DNA from: an archaeon GW2011_AR10
GTDB lineage: Archaea > Iainarchaeota > Iainarchaeia > Iainarchaeales > GW2011-AR10
Direction: 5' to 3'
Assembly: GCA_000830275.1 (NCBI GenBank)
Contig: CP010424.1
Coordinates: 480,001 to 512,000 of the forward strand
Length of the DNA: 32,000 bases
Shown piece by piece: positions 15,051-24,797 of this stretch (position 1 is the stretch's first letter; each line of letters begins with the position of its first letter). The notes below the pieces were generated by a model. It did no database searches. It was not told the DNA's origin and worked only from the letters and a program-made list of their open reading frames with translations. Made by a program: the position numbers and the translations under genes.

Positions 15051-15749
15051 ATGAAGACAGTTATTTTGTGCGGTGGGAAAGGCTCTAGGATGGGCGCAAA
15101 AACAGAGAAAATACCGAAGCCGTTGGTGGAGATAGGGGACAAGCCTGTGCTGTGGCATATCATGAAAATCTATGCATCGCAGGGGTTCAATGAGTTTGTG
15201 CTGTGCCTTGGCTACAACGGAGAAAAAATCAAAGCTTATTTTGGGGAAAATAATTCTGAAAAATGGAGCATAGAATTTGTTGATACCGGCTTGGAAAGCT
15301 CGAAAAGCGAGAGAATACAGAAAATAAAAAATTTTGTTGATGGGAAAAATTTTTTTCTTGCTTACGGTGACGATTTATGCAATATTGACCTGAAAAAACT
15401 TTTGGGGCTCCATGAAAAAAGCAAGCGGGTTGCAACAATAACTGCTGTTAGGGTTGAAAGCCCTTTTGGCCTTGTTGAATCAAATGAAAAGGGCGAGGTT
15501 GTAAGGTTCAAGGAAAAACCGAAGCTTAACCACTGGATGAACGGCGGCTACATGGTTTTTAACAAAAAAATTTTTGGTTATCTTGGAGAGGGAGAGCTTG
15601 AAAAAGAGGTTTTTGAAAAACTCGTTAAGGAAAAGCAGTTAATGGCTTTCAGACATGAAGGTGAATGGAAGACAATGAACACCCTCAAGGACAACATTGA
15701 GCTTAACGAACTATGGGAAAACAATAAGGCGTTCTGGAAGGTGTGGTGA
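15051..15749 (+). CDS. rfbF: Glucose-1-phosphate cytidylyltransferase
   Basis: MKTVILCGGKGSRMG...IPKPLVEIGDKPVLWHIMKIYASQGFNEFVLCLGY matches the characteristic RfbF N-terminus. Confidence 0.88.
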   Translation: MKTVILCGGKGSRMGAKTEKIPKPLVEIGDKPVLWHIMKIYASQGFNEFVLCLGYNGEKIKAYFGENNSEKWSIEFVDTGLESSKSERIQKIKNFVDGKNFFLAYGDDLCNIDLKKLLGLHEKSKRVATITAVRVESPFGLVESNEKGEVVRFKEKPKLNHWMNGGYMVFNKKIFGYLGEGELEKEVFEKLVKEKQLMAFRHEGEWKTMNTLKDNIELNELWENNKAFWKVW

Positions 15750-16720
15750 TGGGCTTTTGGAGTGAAAGGAAAGTTTTTGTTACAGGCGCGGATGGCTTTA
15801 TTGGCAGCTGGGTTGCAAAAAAATTGGTTGAGGAAAAGGCAAAAGTTGTTGTTTTGGTGCGGGACCTGAAGCCGGAGCTAGGCTTTGATTTGCAAGGCTT
15901 AAGGAATAAAGTAACGGTTGTGAAAGGAGACTTGGCTGATTTAGGAGTATTGCAGCGCGCACTCAACGAGTACAGTATTGACTCGGTTTTCCACATTGCA
16001 GCGCAGGCAATTGTTGGAACCGCAAACAAGAGCCCGCTTTCAACTTTTGAGTCAAACATCAAGGGAACGTGGAACTTGATGGAGGCATGCAGGCTCCACG
16101 AAGGAGTTGAAAGAATTGTTGTTGCTTCAAGCGACAAAGCATACGGCATCCAGAAAAAGTTGCCTTACACTGAGGAATCACCATTGCTTGGCTGCTATCC
16201 TTATGATGCGTCGAAAGCATGCACTGACATAATTGCGAGAAGCTATCATGCAACTTATGGTTTGCCTGTTGCAGTTACAAGGAACGCAAATACTTATGGA
16301 GGCGCTGATTTAAACTTTTCAAGGATTGTACCTGACGCAATAAGGTGCATTCTCGGGGGAAAAACTTTTGAAATCAGGAGCGATGGCTCACCGGAGAGGG
16401 ACTACATGTATGTGAAGGATGCAGCTGATGCATATGTTTTGCTTGCAGAAAAACTCGGGCGAAATGAGTTGAAGGGGCAGGCATTCAATTTTGGTTCAGG
16501 GAAGCCGGTTAAAGTTGTTGAGTTGTTTGGAAAAATTGCTGTTGCTTGTGGGAAGCCAAATACGAAGCCAAAGGTTCTCGGCACGGCAACCAATGAAATT
16601 GACAGGCAGTACCTTTCAATTGAGAAAGCAAGGAAAGTGCTTGGGTGGAAGCCAGAATTCAGCCTTGAAGAAGGGCTGCAAGAAACAGTGCAGTGGTATA
16701 GGGAGTACTTCAAAAAATAG
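15749..16720 (+). CDS. rfbG: CDP-glucose 4,6-dehydratase-like SDR
   Basis: FW..RKVFVTGADGFIGSW at the N-terminus, FHIAAQ and a YDASK catalytic pair. It lies immediately downstream of rfbF, with the ATG overlapping the rfbF TGA. Confidence 0.7.
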   Translation: MGFWSERKVFVTGADGFIGSWVAKKLVEEKAKVVVLVRDLKPELGFDLQGLRNKVTVVKGDLADLGVLQRALNEYSIDSVFHIAAQAIVGTANKSPLSTFESNIKGTWNLMEACRLHEGVERIVVASSDKAYGIQKKLPYTEESPLLGCYPYDASKACTDIIARSYHATYGLPVAVTRNANTYGGADLNFSRIVPDAIRCILGGKTFEIRSDGSPERDYMYVKDAADAYVLLAEKLGRNELKGQAFNFGSGKPVKVVELFGKIAVACGKPNTKPKVLGTATNEIDRQYLSIEKARKVLGWKPEFSLEEGLQETVQWYREYFKK

Positions 16721-16815
16721 TTCGAGCACTGTTCGATATAGATATTTATATAACTATAATACACTTATAATAAAAAAGCAAGGAAAAGAGAAAGAGAAGC
16801 GAGGAGTTGAAACTG

Positions 16816-18303
16816 ATGAGAGTATTGATGCTTAACCCGCCTTTCCTGCCAAGGTTTTCTCGCACCAGCAGGAGCCCGGCAATTTCAAAGGGCGGCTGCG
16901 TTTATTATCCTATCTGGATGGGTTATGCAACTGGAGTTTTGGAGCAGGCAGGCCATAACGTTAAACTGGTTGACGCAACAGCCGCTTCCCTGAACCACGA
17001 GCAAGTGTATGAGCAGGCTGAAAGCTTTTCACCGAAAATGATTGTTGTTGACACGGTTACTGCTTCATACAACAATGACATTAGGGTTGCAGAGCACTTG
17101 AAGGAACAGTTTCCTGAATCGTTCATTGTAATGGTCGGGGACATGGTCACAACAATGCCTGAGGAAACCCTCAAAAAAACTGATTCGGTTGATGCAGTTG
17201 CAAGAGGAGAATATGATTTCACTTTAAGGGATTTGGCAGCGCAGCTTGGCAATGGTAAAAGGATTGAAAAAGTTGAGGGCTTGAGCTGGGTTGACAGGAG
17301 CAGTGGAGAAAAAAAAGTTGTCCACAACGCCGAAAGGCAGTCGATTCAAGGAGAAGAGCTTGACAAGATGCCATTTGTAAGCGATGTTTATTCAAGGCAC
17401 TTAAACATTGAGGACTACTTTTACCCAAGCGTCCTTTATCCAGAGGTCACAATTATTACCGGCAGGGGCTGCTATTACAGGTGCACTTTCTGCAAGTGGC
17501 CGCAAACCCTTACAGGGCATTTGTACAGGGCAAGAAGCATCCAGAACGTTGCTGATGAATTCGAGTGGATTCAGGATAACCTGCCCCAAGTCAAGGACAT
17601 AATGGTTGAGGATGATACTCTCACACAGGACAGGAAGAGGACAGCAGAGTTATGCGGCGAGCTTGTCAGCAGAAAGACAAAGATTGCTTGGACGTGCAAT
17701 GCAAGGGCAGACTTGGATTATGACACAATGCATAAAATGAAGCAGGCTGGGTGCAGACTAATGTGTGTGGGCTTTGAGTCAGGCGTACAACAGATTCTTG
17801 ACAACATCAGGAAGGGAACAAAAATTGATAAAATAAAGGAGTTTATGAATGATTCAAAGAAAGCTGACTTGCTTGTTCACGGCTGCTTTATGATGGGAAA
17901 CAAGGGGGAGACAAAAGAAACAATCAAGAAAACTGTTGAGTTTGCTAAAGAGCTTGATCCTGATACAGCACAATTTTTTCCGATAATGGTTTATCCTGGC
18001 ACTGAAGCTTACCGCTGGGCGGAAGAAAACGGTTATTTGACTACAACAAACTGGGATGAATGGCTGTTGCCTGATGGAACGCACAACACAATAATTTCTA
18101 CTCCTAGCCTGAACTCTGGAGAGCTTGTAAGGGAATGCGATCGTGCGAGAATTAGCTTTTATTTGCGCCCAAAGTTTATGACAAGGAAACTGAAGCAGGT
18201 TATAATGAACCCAAAGGACATTCCCAGGACTTTTATTTCAACCCTTGTTTTTGCAAAGTACCTTGGCAAGGAAATAAATACAACATTGTTCACAAAAGCT
18301 TAA
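16816..18303 (+). CDS. B12-binding-domain radical SAM enzyme
   Basis: The CYYRCTFC (CxxxCxxC) cluster is preceded by a ~200-aa N-terminal domain of the B12-binding radical SAM type (RVLMLNPPF...). GAGGAG lies upstream of the ATG at 16816. Confidence 0.85.
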   Translation: MRVLMLNPPFLPRFSRTSRSPAISKGGCVYYPIWMGYATGVLEQAGHNVKLVDATAASLNHEQVYEQAESFSPKMIVVDTVTASYNNDIRVAEHLKEQFPESFIVMVGDMVTTMPEETLKKTDSVDAVARGEYDFTLRDLAAQLGNGKRIEKVEGLSWVDRSSGEKKVVHNAERQSIQGEELDKMPFVSDVYSRHLNIEDYFYPSVLYPEVTIITGRGCYYRCTFCKWPQTLTGHLYRARSIQNVADEFEWIQDNLPQVKDIMVEDDTLTQDRKRTAELCGELVSRKTKIAWTCNARADLDYDTMHKMKQAGCRLMCVGFESGVQQILDNIRKGTKIDKIKEFMNDSKKADLLVHGCFMMGNKGETKETIKKTVEFAKELDPDTAQFFPIMVYPGTEAYRWAEENGYLTTTNWDEWLLPDGTHNTIISTPSLNSGELVRECDRARISFYLRPKFMTRKLKQVIMNPKDIPRTFISTLVFAKYLGKEINTTLFTKA

Positions 18304-18340
18304 AGCTTCATATTTAATTTTGCCGGATGCCGGTGGTTGA

Positions 18341-19306
18341 ATGAAGGTCAGCGTAATCATCCCTGCGTTCAATTCTTCTTCAACGATTTCTTCATGCATT
18401 GAATCAGTGCTGAAGCAGGGCTTCAAGGATTTTGAAATCATAGTTGTAAATGACGGCAGCACTGATGAAACAGAAAAAATTGTGAAAAAGTTTTCCGGGG
18501 TTAGGCTTTTATCGCAGGAAAACAGGGGGCCTGCTGCTGCAAGGAACCTTGGAGCAAGCAAGGCAAAAGGAGAAATTGTGGCATTCATTGATGCTGACTG
18601 CATTGCATCAGAAGACTGGCTGGATGAGGTTGTGAAAACGTTTGAGGACAAGGAAGTTGCAGGGGTGCAGGGCTCATACAAGTGCAACCAAAAGGAGCTG
18701 ATTGCAAGGTTTATTCAGGTTGAAATTGAGAACCGCTACAAAAAAATGCTGAAGGCAAGCAAACTTGACTGGATTGGAAGCTATTCGGCTGCTTACAGGA
18801 GGGAAGTCTTTTTAAGAGAGGCAGGCTATGACGAGAAATTCAGGAAGGCATCCGGAGAAGATCCAGAGTTAAGTTTTAAACTTTCAAAGAAAGGATACAA
18901 GCTTGTTTTTAACCAGAAGGCAGTTGTTTACCATTCCCATCCAACGGCGCTGTGGAAATACTTGAAGTCAAAGTTCCAGCACGCTTTCTGGAGAGTAAGG
19001 CTTTACAGCAAGCACCGGGAAAAAATAGTGCAGGATTCTTACACTCCGCAGGTGATAAAACTGCAGATTGCAATGTTTTATGTTTTCAGTGCAAGCATTT
19101 TGGGCTTGGCCTTTAGCTCCTTCTTTGTGTGGCCTCTTGCAGTTTCACTTGCCTTGATGTTTTTGAGCTCTCTCCCTTTCTCTTTTGAGGCATTAAGAAA
19201 AGATTTTAGCTTGGGAATTGTTGCTCCGGCAATAGTTTTCCTGCGCTCTGCTGCATTCGGTTTTGGGCTGATTGCAGGAATACTTAATGGAGTTGCGTTA
19301 AAATGA
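18341..19306 (+). CDS. Glycosyltransferase, GT2 family, with C-terminal TM segments
   Basis: VSVIIPAFN...IIVVNDGSTDET and FIDADC, with a hydrophobic C-terminal ~90 aa. Confidence 0.85.
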   Translation: MKVSVIIPAFNSSSTISSCIESVLKQGFKDFEIIVVNDGSTDETEKIVKKFSGVRLLSQENRGPAAARNLGASKAKGEIVAFIDADCIASEDWLDEVVKTFEDKEVAGVQGSYKCNQKELIARFIQVEIENRYKKMLKASKLDWIGSYSAAYRREVFLREAGYDEKFRKASGEDPELSFKLSKKGYKLVFNQKAVVYHSHPTALWKYLKSKFQHAFWRVRLYSKHREKIVQDSYTPQVIKLQIAMFYVFSASILGLAFSSFFVWPLAVSLALMFLSSLPFSFEALRKDFSLGIVAPAIVFLRSAAFGFGLIAGILNGVALK

Positions 19307-20409
19307 GGGTAGTACAAGTAACACACCATTTCTTGCCGTGCATTGGCGGAGTTGAAAGGGTAGTGCTTTATACTGCACAGAAATTGGTTAAGGAAGGCCA
19401 CAAGTGCAGGGTGGTTTGCCTTGACAGGTGCCATAACAGCGAAAAGCTGCTGCCTTCAAGCGAGAAATTTAAGGGCATTGAAATTAAGAGGATTCCGTTC
19501 AGTGACCTGAAATACTATAAGGTAGCGCCGCGTGTTCTGGATTTCATAAAAGATGCTGACCTAGTGCACGTTCACGGCATCGGATTTTTCTCAGATTACC
19601 TGCTTTTGACAAAGCATTTTCACAGGAAGCCGATTGTTGTTTCAACCCATGGGGGAGTATTCCATACAAAAAAGCTTCTTCCCATAAAATGGCTTTACTT
19701 TAACCTGTGGAACAGGGTTTTGCTTCGCAGAGCTGACAGGGTTGTTGCGGTAAGCAAAAACGATTTCAGGATATTTTCCAAGCTGACAAAAAAAATTTCG
19801 CTGGTGGAAAACGGGGTTGACGTTGAAAGGCTGCTGAAACTGAAGCGGGCAGCAGAGAAAGGGCTTTTTGTTTTCATTGGAAGAATCACTTCAAGCAAAA
19901 GGATTGACTTGCTGCTGAAGGCTTTTGCAGTAGTAAAGGAAGAGCAGCCTTTTGTGAGGCTTGCAATTGTCGGGGAAGACTTTGATGGAACAAAGAAAAA
20001 ACTTCTCGGGCTCGTGAAAAAGCTTGGGTTAGAGAATTGCGTTGAGTTTGCCGGCAACCTCACAGGAAAAGAGCTTGATGCGCTGATGTCAAGAGCCGAG
20101 TTCTTTGCGTCTGCCTCTGAGTATGAGGGGTTCGGCATTTCAGCCATTGAAGCAATGGCTGCAGGTGAAATAGTGTTCTTGAACAACATTGACTCTTTCA
20201 GGAATTTTGTGAAACACAAAGAAAACGGTTTTTTGGTTGATTTCTCTGACCCTGAAACAGCCGGCTTGAAAATCTCTGAGGCGCTTGATTCAGGCAGGGA
20301 GGAACTTGAAAAAATCCGCAAAAACGCAGTTGTCTCAGTGCAAAAATACTCTTTAAACAATTCTTTTAACAGCCTAATGGAAGTTTACAATTCGGTGGCA
20401 GAGAAATGA
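19303..20409 (+). CDS. Glycosyltransferase, GT4 family
   Basis: EYEGFGISAIEAMAAGE (EX7E). The start overlaps the upstream stop (ATGA). Confidence 0.85.
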   Translation: MRVVQVTHHFLPCIGGVERVVLYTAQKLVKEGHKCRVVCLDRCHNSEKLLPSSEKFKGIEIKRIPFSDLKYYKVAPRVLDFIKDADLVHVHGIGFFSDYLLLTKHFHRKPIVVSTHGGVFHTKKLLPIKWLYFNLWNRVLLRRADRVVAVSKNDFRIFSKLTKKISLVENGVDVERLLKLKRAAEKGLFVFIGRITSSKRIDLLLKAFAVVKEEQPFVRLAIVGEDFDGTKKKLLGLVKKLGLENCVEFAGNLTGKELDALMSRAEFFASASEYEGFGISAIEAMAAGEIVFLNNIDSFRNFVKHKENGFLVDFSDPETAGLKISEALDSGREELEKIRKNAVVSVQKYSLNNSFNSLMEVYNSVAEK

Positions 20410-21584
20410 AGGTTTTGTTCACTAACTTTTTTGGATTCAACGCTGGGGGGGCAGAGAAAAGCTCTTCTCTGACAGCAAAGGCGCTTGAGGAAAAAGGGGT
20501 TGAAGTGGTTTTTGCTTCAACTGCTGCTTTTCCGAATGCGGAAGTGAAAAGGTTTGGCGCTTTTCCTCCGCTTGTTTTTTTTCAGAAAAATTACTTGAAG
20601 GGAAAGCTGTTGGAAATAATTCAGTCTGAACGAATTGATTTGGTGCATGGCCAGGACAGGCTGACAAGCTTTGCGTCGGTTTTGGCTGCTGAAAGCAAAG
20701 GAATTCCTGTTGTGCTGCATTTCAGGGATTACTGGTTTGACTGCGTTAAGAGCACGAGGCTGAAGCCTGATTTCACTGAATGCAACTGCTCGATGCAGGA
20801 CATCATGGCGAGCTTTCCTTTTTACAGAGTGCCGTGGGAGTACCTGAAAATTTCTTCAATCAGGAAAAATCTGCAACTGCTGAACTATGCTGACAAAAAA
20901 ATCGCCATAAGCGAGGCAGTCAAAAAGCAGATGGAGCTAGCAGGAATCGGGGAAAACACTTCAATTGTGCCAAACCCGGTGGATTTGAAGGCTTTTGATG
21001 AAGCAGTTCCGGTTGACCTAGAAAAGGAATTTGGAGCAAAAGGGAAAGTGGTGCTTTTTGTGGGAAGGCTTTCATACGAGAAAGGTTTAAGCAATTTGCT
21101 TAAAGTAATTGAAAGCGTTACGGCCCATGAAAAAAAAACTTTTTTCTTGATTGTTGGCTCAGGCCCAATGGAGAAAGAACTCAGGGAAAAAATCAGGAAC
21201 AAAGGGATTTTGGGGAATACAAAAATTGCAGGCCATGTTTCATACGAGAAGCTGATGGGCATTTACAAGGCCTGTGACATGGTAGTTTTCCCTTCTGTTT
21301 GGCAGGAACCTTTTGGGAGAGTAAGCGTCGAGGCAATGGCTGCCGGCAAGGCGGTTGTTGCAAGCAGGGTTGGCGGCATTAATGAAACAATTGAGGACAA
21401 CGTAAACGGTTTTTTGGTTGAACCAAACAACATAGGGCAATGGCAGAACAGAATCGTTGAACTTTTGGCTGATGACATTAAAAGGAATAAGTTCGGGAGA
21501 AAAGGCAGGGAAACTGTCAAGCAAAAATTTGATAAAATGGTTATTGCAAAAAAAATCTTAGAGCAGTATAAAGAGGTACTATAA
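20406..21584 (+). CDS. Glycosyltransferase, GT4 family
   Basis: WQEPFGRVSVEAMAAGKAVVASRVGG (EX7E). The start overlaps the upstream stop (ATGA). Confidence 0.85.
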   Translation: MKVLFTNFFGFNAGGAEKSSSLTAKALEEKGVEVVFASTAAFPNAEVKRFGAFPPLVFFQKNYLKGKLLEIIQSERIDLVHGQDRLTSFASVLAAESKGIPVVLHFRDYWFDCVKSTRLKPDFTECNCSMQDIMASFPFYRVPWEYLKISSIRKNLQLLNYADKKIAISEAVKKQMELAGIGENTSIVPNPVDLKAFDEAVPVDLEKEFGAKGKVVLFVGRLSYEKGLSNLLKVIESVTAHEKKTFFLIVGSGPMEKELREKIRNKGILGNTKIAGHVSYEKLMGIYKACDMVVFPSVWQEPFGRVSVEAMAAGKAVVASRVGGINETIEDNVNGFLVEPNNIGQWQNRIVELLADDIKRNKFGRKGRETVKQKFDKMVIAKKILEQYKEVL

Positions 21585-21585
21585 A

Positions 21586-23373
21586 ATGTGCGGCATATGC
21601 GGCTTTGCTGGCTTCGCTGATTCAAAGCTTTTGAAGGAAATGACTGACGCGCTCGAGCACCGCGGCCCGGATGATTCAGGAAAATTTGAGGATGCTGGAA
21701 TTTCTCTTGGCCACCGAAGACTCAGCATAATTGACTTAAGCAAGAAAGGCAGGCAGCCGATGCACAACGAGGATGAAAGCATCTGGGTTTCGTTCAATGG
21801 AGAAATATACAACTTCAGGAAACTGAGAGAAGAGCTGGAGCAGAAAGGCCACAGATTTTATTCAGACACTGATACAGAGGCGATAGTGCACGCTTTTGAG
21901 GAATTTGGGTCAACATTTGTTGAGCACTTAGACGGAATGTTTGCTTTTGCGCTGTGGGACTCTAAGAACAGGAAGCTTTACTTGGTTAGGGACAGGCTCG
22001 GGAAAAAACCACTGTACTATGCTTTTGTAGACAATGGAATTGTGTTCGCTTCAGAAATAAAGGCCCTGCTTAAGCACAAAGAAATCAAAGCAGAAATTAA
22101 TCTGAAAGCAGTTGACTTGTTTCTTTCAATGCGCGTTGTGCCTGGAAAAGAAACCTTGTTTGATGGGGTATTCAAGCTTTTGCCCGGAGAAATGATTTTA
22201 TTCAGTGAGGGGAAAACTGAAAACAGTTTTTACTGGGAGCCAAATGAAAATATCAGGGAAAGAAATGAGGGCGCTGCTGCAAAAGAGTTCTTGGGGTTGT
22301 TTGAGAAAGCAGTTGAAAAAAGGCTTGTGAGCGATGTTCCAATCGGGGCTTTTCTCAGCGGCGGGCTTGATTCAAGCTCGATTGTAGCAGTAATGTCAAG
22401 GTTCAATGTGAAACCGCTTAAGACTTTCACTGTTGGCTTTGGCGAAGAAATGGATGAATTCCCGTTCGCTGGAAGGATTGCTGAAAGATTTTCAACCGAG
22501 CACTACAAGTTGATTGTCAGCTTAAAGCAGATGACGAAAGAGCTTCCAAGGATTATCTGGCACTTGGATGAGCCAATTTCTGACCCTGCAATAATGCCAA
22601 GCTACTTTGTAACAAAGCTTGCAAGAAAGCATGTAACGGTTGCATTGCTGGGGGAGGGCAGTGACGAGCTTTTTGCAGGATACTCTAGGTATCAACAGAT
22701 GAACTGGCCTTACACTGTTCTGCCTAAAAGGGTGATGGAGAAAAGGTACTTTGAAAGCGATGTTGCATTCAATTCAAGCGAGAAAAAGGAATTGATGAGC
22801 CCTGAACTGAAGGAGAAAACCAATTCAGGTTACCTTCCTTTTGCAAAGCAGTACATTAATTCCCTGCCGGCAAAGGAAACACTCAACAAGGCGCTTTTGT
22901 TTGACTTAAGGCAGCTTTTGCCAAATTACCAGCTGATGAGGGTTGACAAGCTCTCAATGGCTTTTGGCTTGGAAGCAAGGGTTCCTTTCCTTGACCACCG
23001 GATTGCTGAATTCGCTTTTTCATTGCACCCTGCATTGAAGCTGCGCGGTTCCAACGGAAAGTTTGTGATAAAAAAAGCAGTGCACGAAATCCTTCCAAAA
23101 AACGTGACAGCAGAGAAGAAAAGGATTTTTGCAATTCCAATGAAAAAATGGTTTGACGTGGAGCTTAAGAGCATTGCACAGCAGCAGTTAGAGGAAGCCG
23201 TGATTGATAGGAGAAAACTGTTCAAACGGGAAGCTGTCAGCAGGCTCTTCCACAAGCAGGTTTTTGGCCTGAGGAAAGGCCGCTACTCCAATCAGCTCTG
23301 GATGCTTTTAATGCTGGAACTATGGCAGAAAATCTTTGTTGACGAAACCCCGTTTGAAAAAATTTCGCTTTAA
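21586..23373 (+). CDS. asnB: Asparagine synthase (glutamine-hydrolysing) family amidotransferase
   Basis: N-terminal MCGICGF (Cys2 nucleophile) and the SGGLDSS PP-loop. 595 aa. Confidence 0.9.
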   Translation: MCGICGFAGFADSKLLKEMTDALEHRGPDDSGKFEDAGISLGHRRLSIIDLSKKGRQPMHNEDESIWVSFNGEIYNFRKLREELEQKGHRFYSDTDTEAIVHAFEEFGSTFVEHLDGMFAFALWDSKNRKLYLVRDRLGKKPLYYAFVDNGIVFASEIKALLKHKEIKAEINLKAVDLFLSMRVVPGKETLFDGVFKLLPGEMILFSEGKTENSFYWEPNENIRERNEGAAAKEFLGLFEKAVEKRLVSDVPIGAFLSGGLDSSSIVAVMSRFNVKPLKTFTVGFGEEMDEFPFAGRIAERFSTEHYKLIVSLKQMTKELPRIIWHLDEPISDPAIMPSYFVTKLARKHVTVALLGEGSDELFAGYSRYQQMNWPYTVLPKRVMEKRYFESDVAFNSSEKKELMSPELKEKTNSGYLPFAKQYINSLPAKETLNKALLFDLRQLLPNYQLMRVDKLSMAFGLEARVPFLDHRIAEFAFSLHPALKLRGSNGKFVIKKAVHEILPKNVTAEKKRIFAIPMKKWFDVELKSIAQQQLEEAVIDRRKLFKREAVSRLFHKQVFGLRKGRYSNQLWMLLMLELWQKIFVDETPFEKISL

Positions 23374-24797
23374 TTTTTCTGCTGGACTTTTTTCAGTATT
23401 GCCTTGTCTTCTTCTGTGAAGCCTTTCAGCAGGAAAAATGCCGCAAAGTAAACCAGTGCGCCGAGAGGAATCAAAATGAACAGGCTAAGCCATTGAACGC
23501 TGATAAGCACAAGAACCATTGTAAGCGAAGCCATAGCTGGTTTAATGAATTCTTTCAGTGAAATAGTGTAAAGGAATTTTTTTACAAGAACATAGAATAG
23601 GATAAAGGTAACGATTTCTGTGAAAAGTGTTGCAATTGCTGCACCAAAAAAAGAGTATCTGGGGATTAACAGCAGGTTTGCAGTCACATTAACCAGAACC
23701 CCTGCAAGAATTGCCCCGACAACATAGTTTTGCCTGTGAATGGAATTAAGCATATTGCTTGAAATCAGGTTTAAGAAAATTAGTAATGCGCCCCACATCA
23801 GGGCAATCAGCGTTAGAACAATTCCTTCATTCAGATAATCTGCGCCATAAATGTGGAACAAAATTCTTTCAGAAAGAATAGTGGTTCCAAAAGCAATTGG
23901 AACAAAAATTATTGTTAAGTACCTGAATGCAAGGGCATGGGTTTTCTTAAGTGCTTCCTCCGACTTTTTGTAAAAGCCAGACATTATCGGGAATAAAGTG
24001 AAGGCAAGCGCGTCAGGGATTATTGCAAGCGCCCATGTCAGCCTGTAAGCAGCCGAGTACCTTCCAACGGCATCAAGGTTCACCATTAGCGAGAGCATTA
24101 AAACGTCAATCCTGTTGTAAATTGCAAGAAACAAAAGTGACAGGCCAAGCGGGGCGCCGATTTTTATTATTTGCACCCATTTTTGAAAATCCAATTTTAT
24201 GGAAATTTTTGTAACCCCTCTTGCAAAATAATAATTTAGTATAACTGAAACAACGGTTGAAAAAACCGAGAAAACGATAATTAAAGCCAGTGGGGCGTTT
24301 ATTGATATCGCATAAAAAACCAGTGCCAAGAAAATAAGCCGCTGAACAAATTCTACTAATACGACATAAACCATTTTCAGTTTTGCCTGGAAAATTGAGG
24401 AAAAAACAGAGGAAACGGAGCCAGTGAACAAGGTTAAGGAGAAAATGTACAGTATGAGAAGCGTGTCAGTTTGGTATCCGGCAAGGTTTGCAATAAAGAT
24501 TGAGGCAATGACTGAAAAGATGCCGAGAAACAGTTTCAGGCCCAAAGAGTTTCCAATCAATTCCTCTGATTGTTTTTCTTTTTGCGTTAATTCCCTTGGC
24601 AATACAAGTGAAACGCCGAAGTCATTCAAAAACAATAGCAAGCCAATGAATTCAAGAGCCAGGGAGTACTGCCCAAACAGCTCAACGCTCAGGTATCTCG
24701 CAAGCAGAATTGTTGTGATTAAGCCAAGAAATTTTCCTGCAATTTTGCCCAGCAGTATGACAGAGGTGCTTTCCGCAATTTTTTTTACGGCAGACAT
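23370..24797 (-). CDS. Polysaccharide/oligosaccharide flippase (MOP superfamily, Wzx-like)
   Basis: 475 aa with about 12-14 TM segments. The N-terminal pattern GKIAGKFLGLITTILLARYLSVELFGQYSLA is typical of Polysacc_synt proteins. Confidence 0.8.
   Translation of the reverse strand: MSAVKKIAESTSVILLGKIAGKFLGLITTILLARYLSVELFGQYSLALEFIGLLLFLNDFGVSLVLPRELTQKEKQSEELIGNSLGLKLFLGIFSVIASIFIANLAGYQTDTLLILYIFSLTLFTGSVSSVFSSIFQAKLKMVYVVLVEFVQRLIFLALVFYAISINAPLALIIVFSVFSTVVSVILNYYFARGVTKISIKLDFQKWVQIIKIGAPLGLSLLFLAIYNRIDVLMLSLMVNLDAVGRYSAAYRLTWALAIIPDALAFTLFPIMSGFYKKSEEALKKTHALAFRYLTIIFVPIAFGTTILSERILFHIYGADYLNEGIVLTLIALMWGALLIFLNLISSNMLNSIHRQNYVVGAILAGVLVNVTANLLLIPRYSFFGAAIATLFTEIVTFILFYVLVKKFLYTISLKEFIKPAMASLTMVLVLISVQWLSLFILIPLGALVYFAAFFLLKGFTEEDKAILKKVQQKN

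Noticed and set aside
19695-20360. Long antisense ORFs inside well-supported genes (for example 19695..20360, 3745..4260, 26345..26848, 13606..14094, 15703..16149, 18238..18687, 28892..29329).
   Set aside because: They are Ser/Phe/Leu-rich, low-complexity shadow frames opposite genes with clear family motifs. None has its own motifs or initiation signals.
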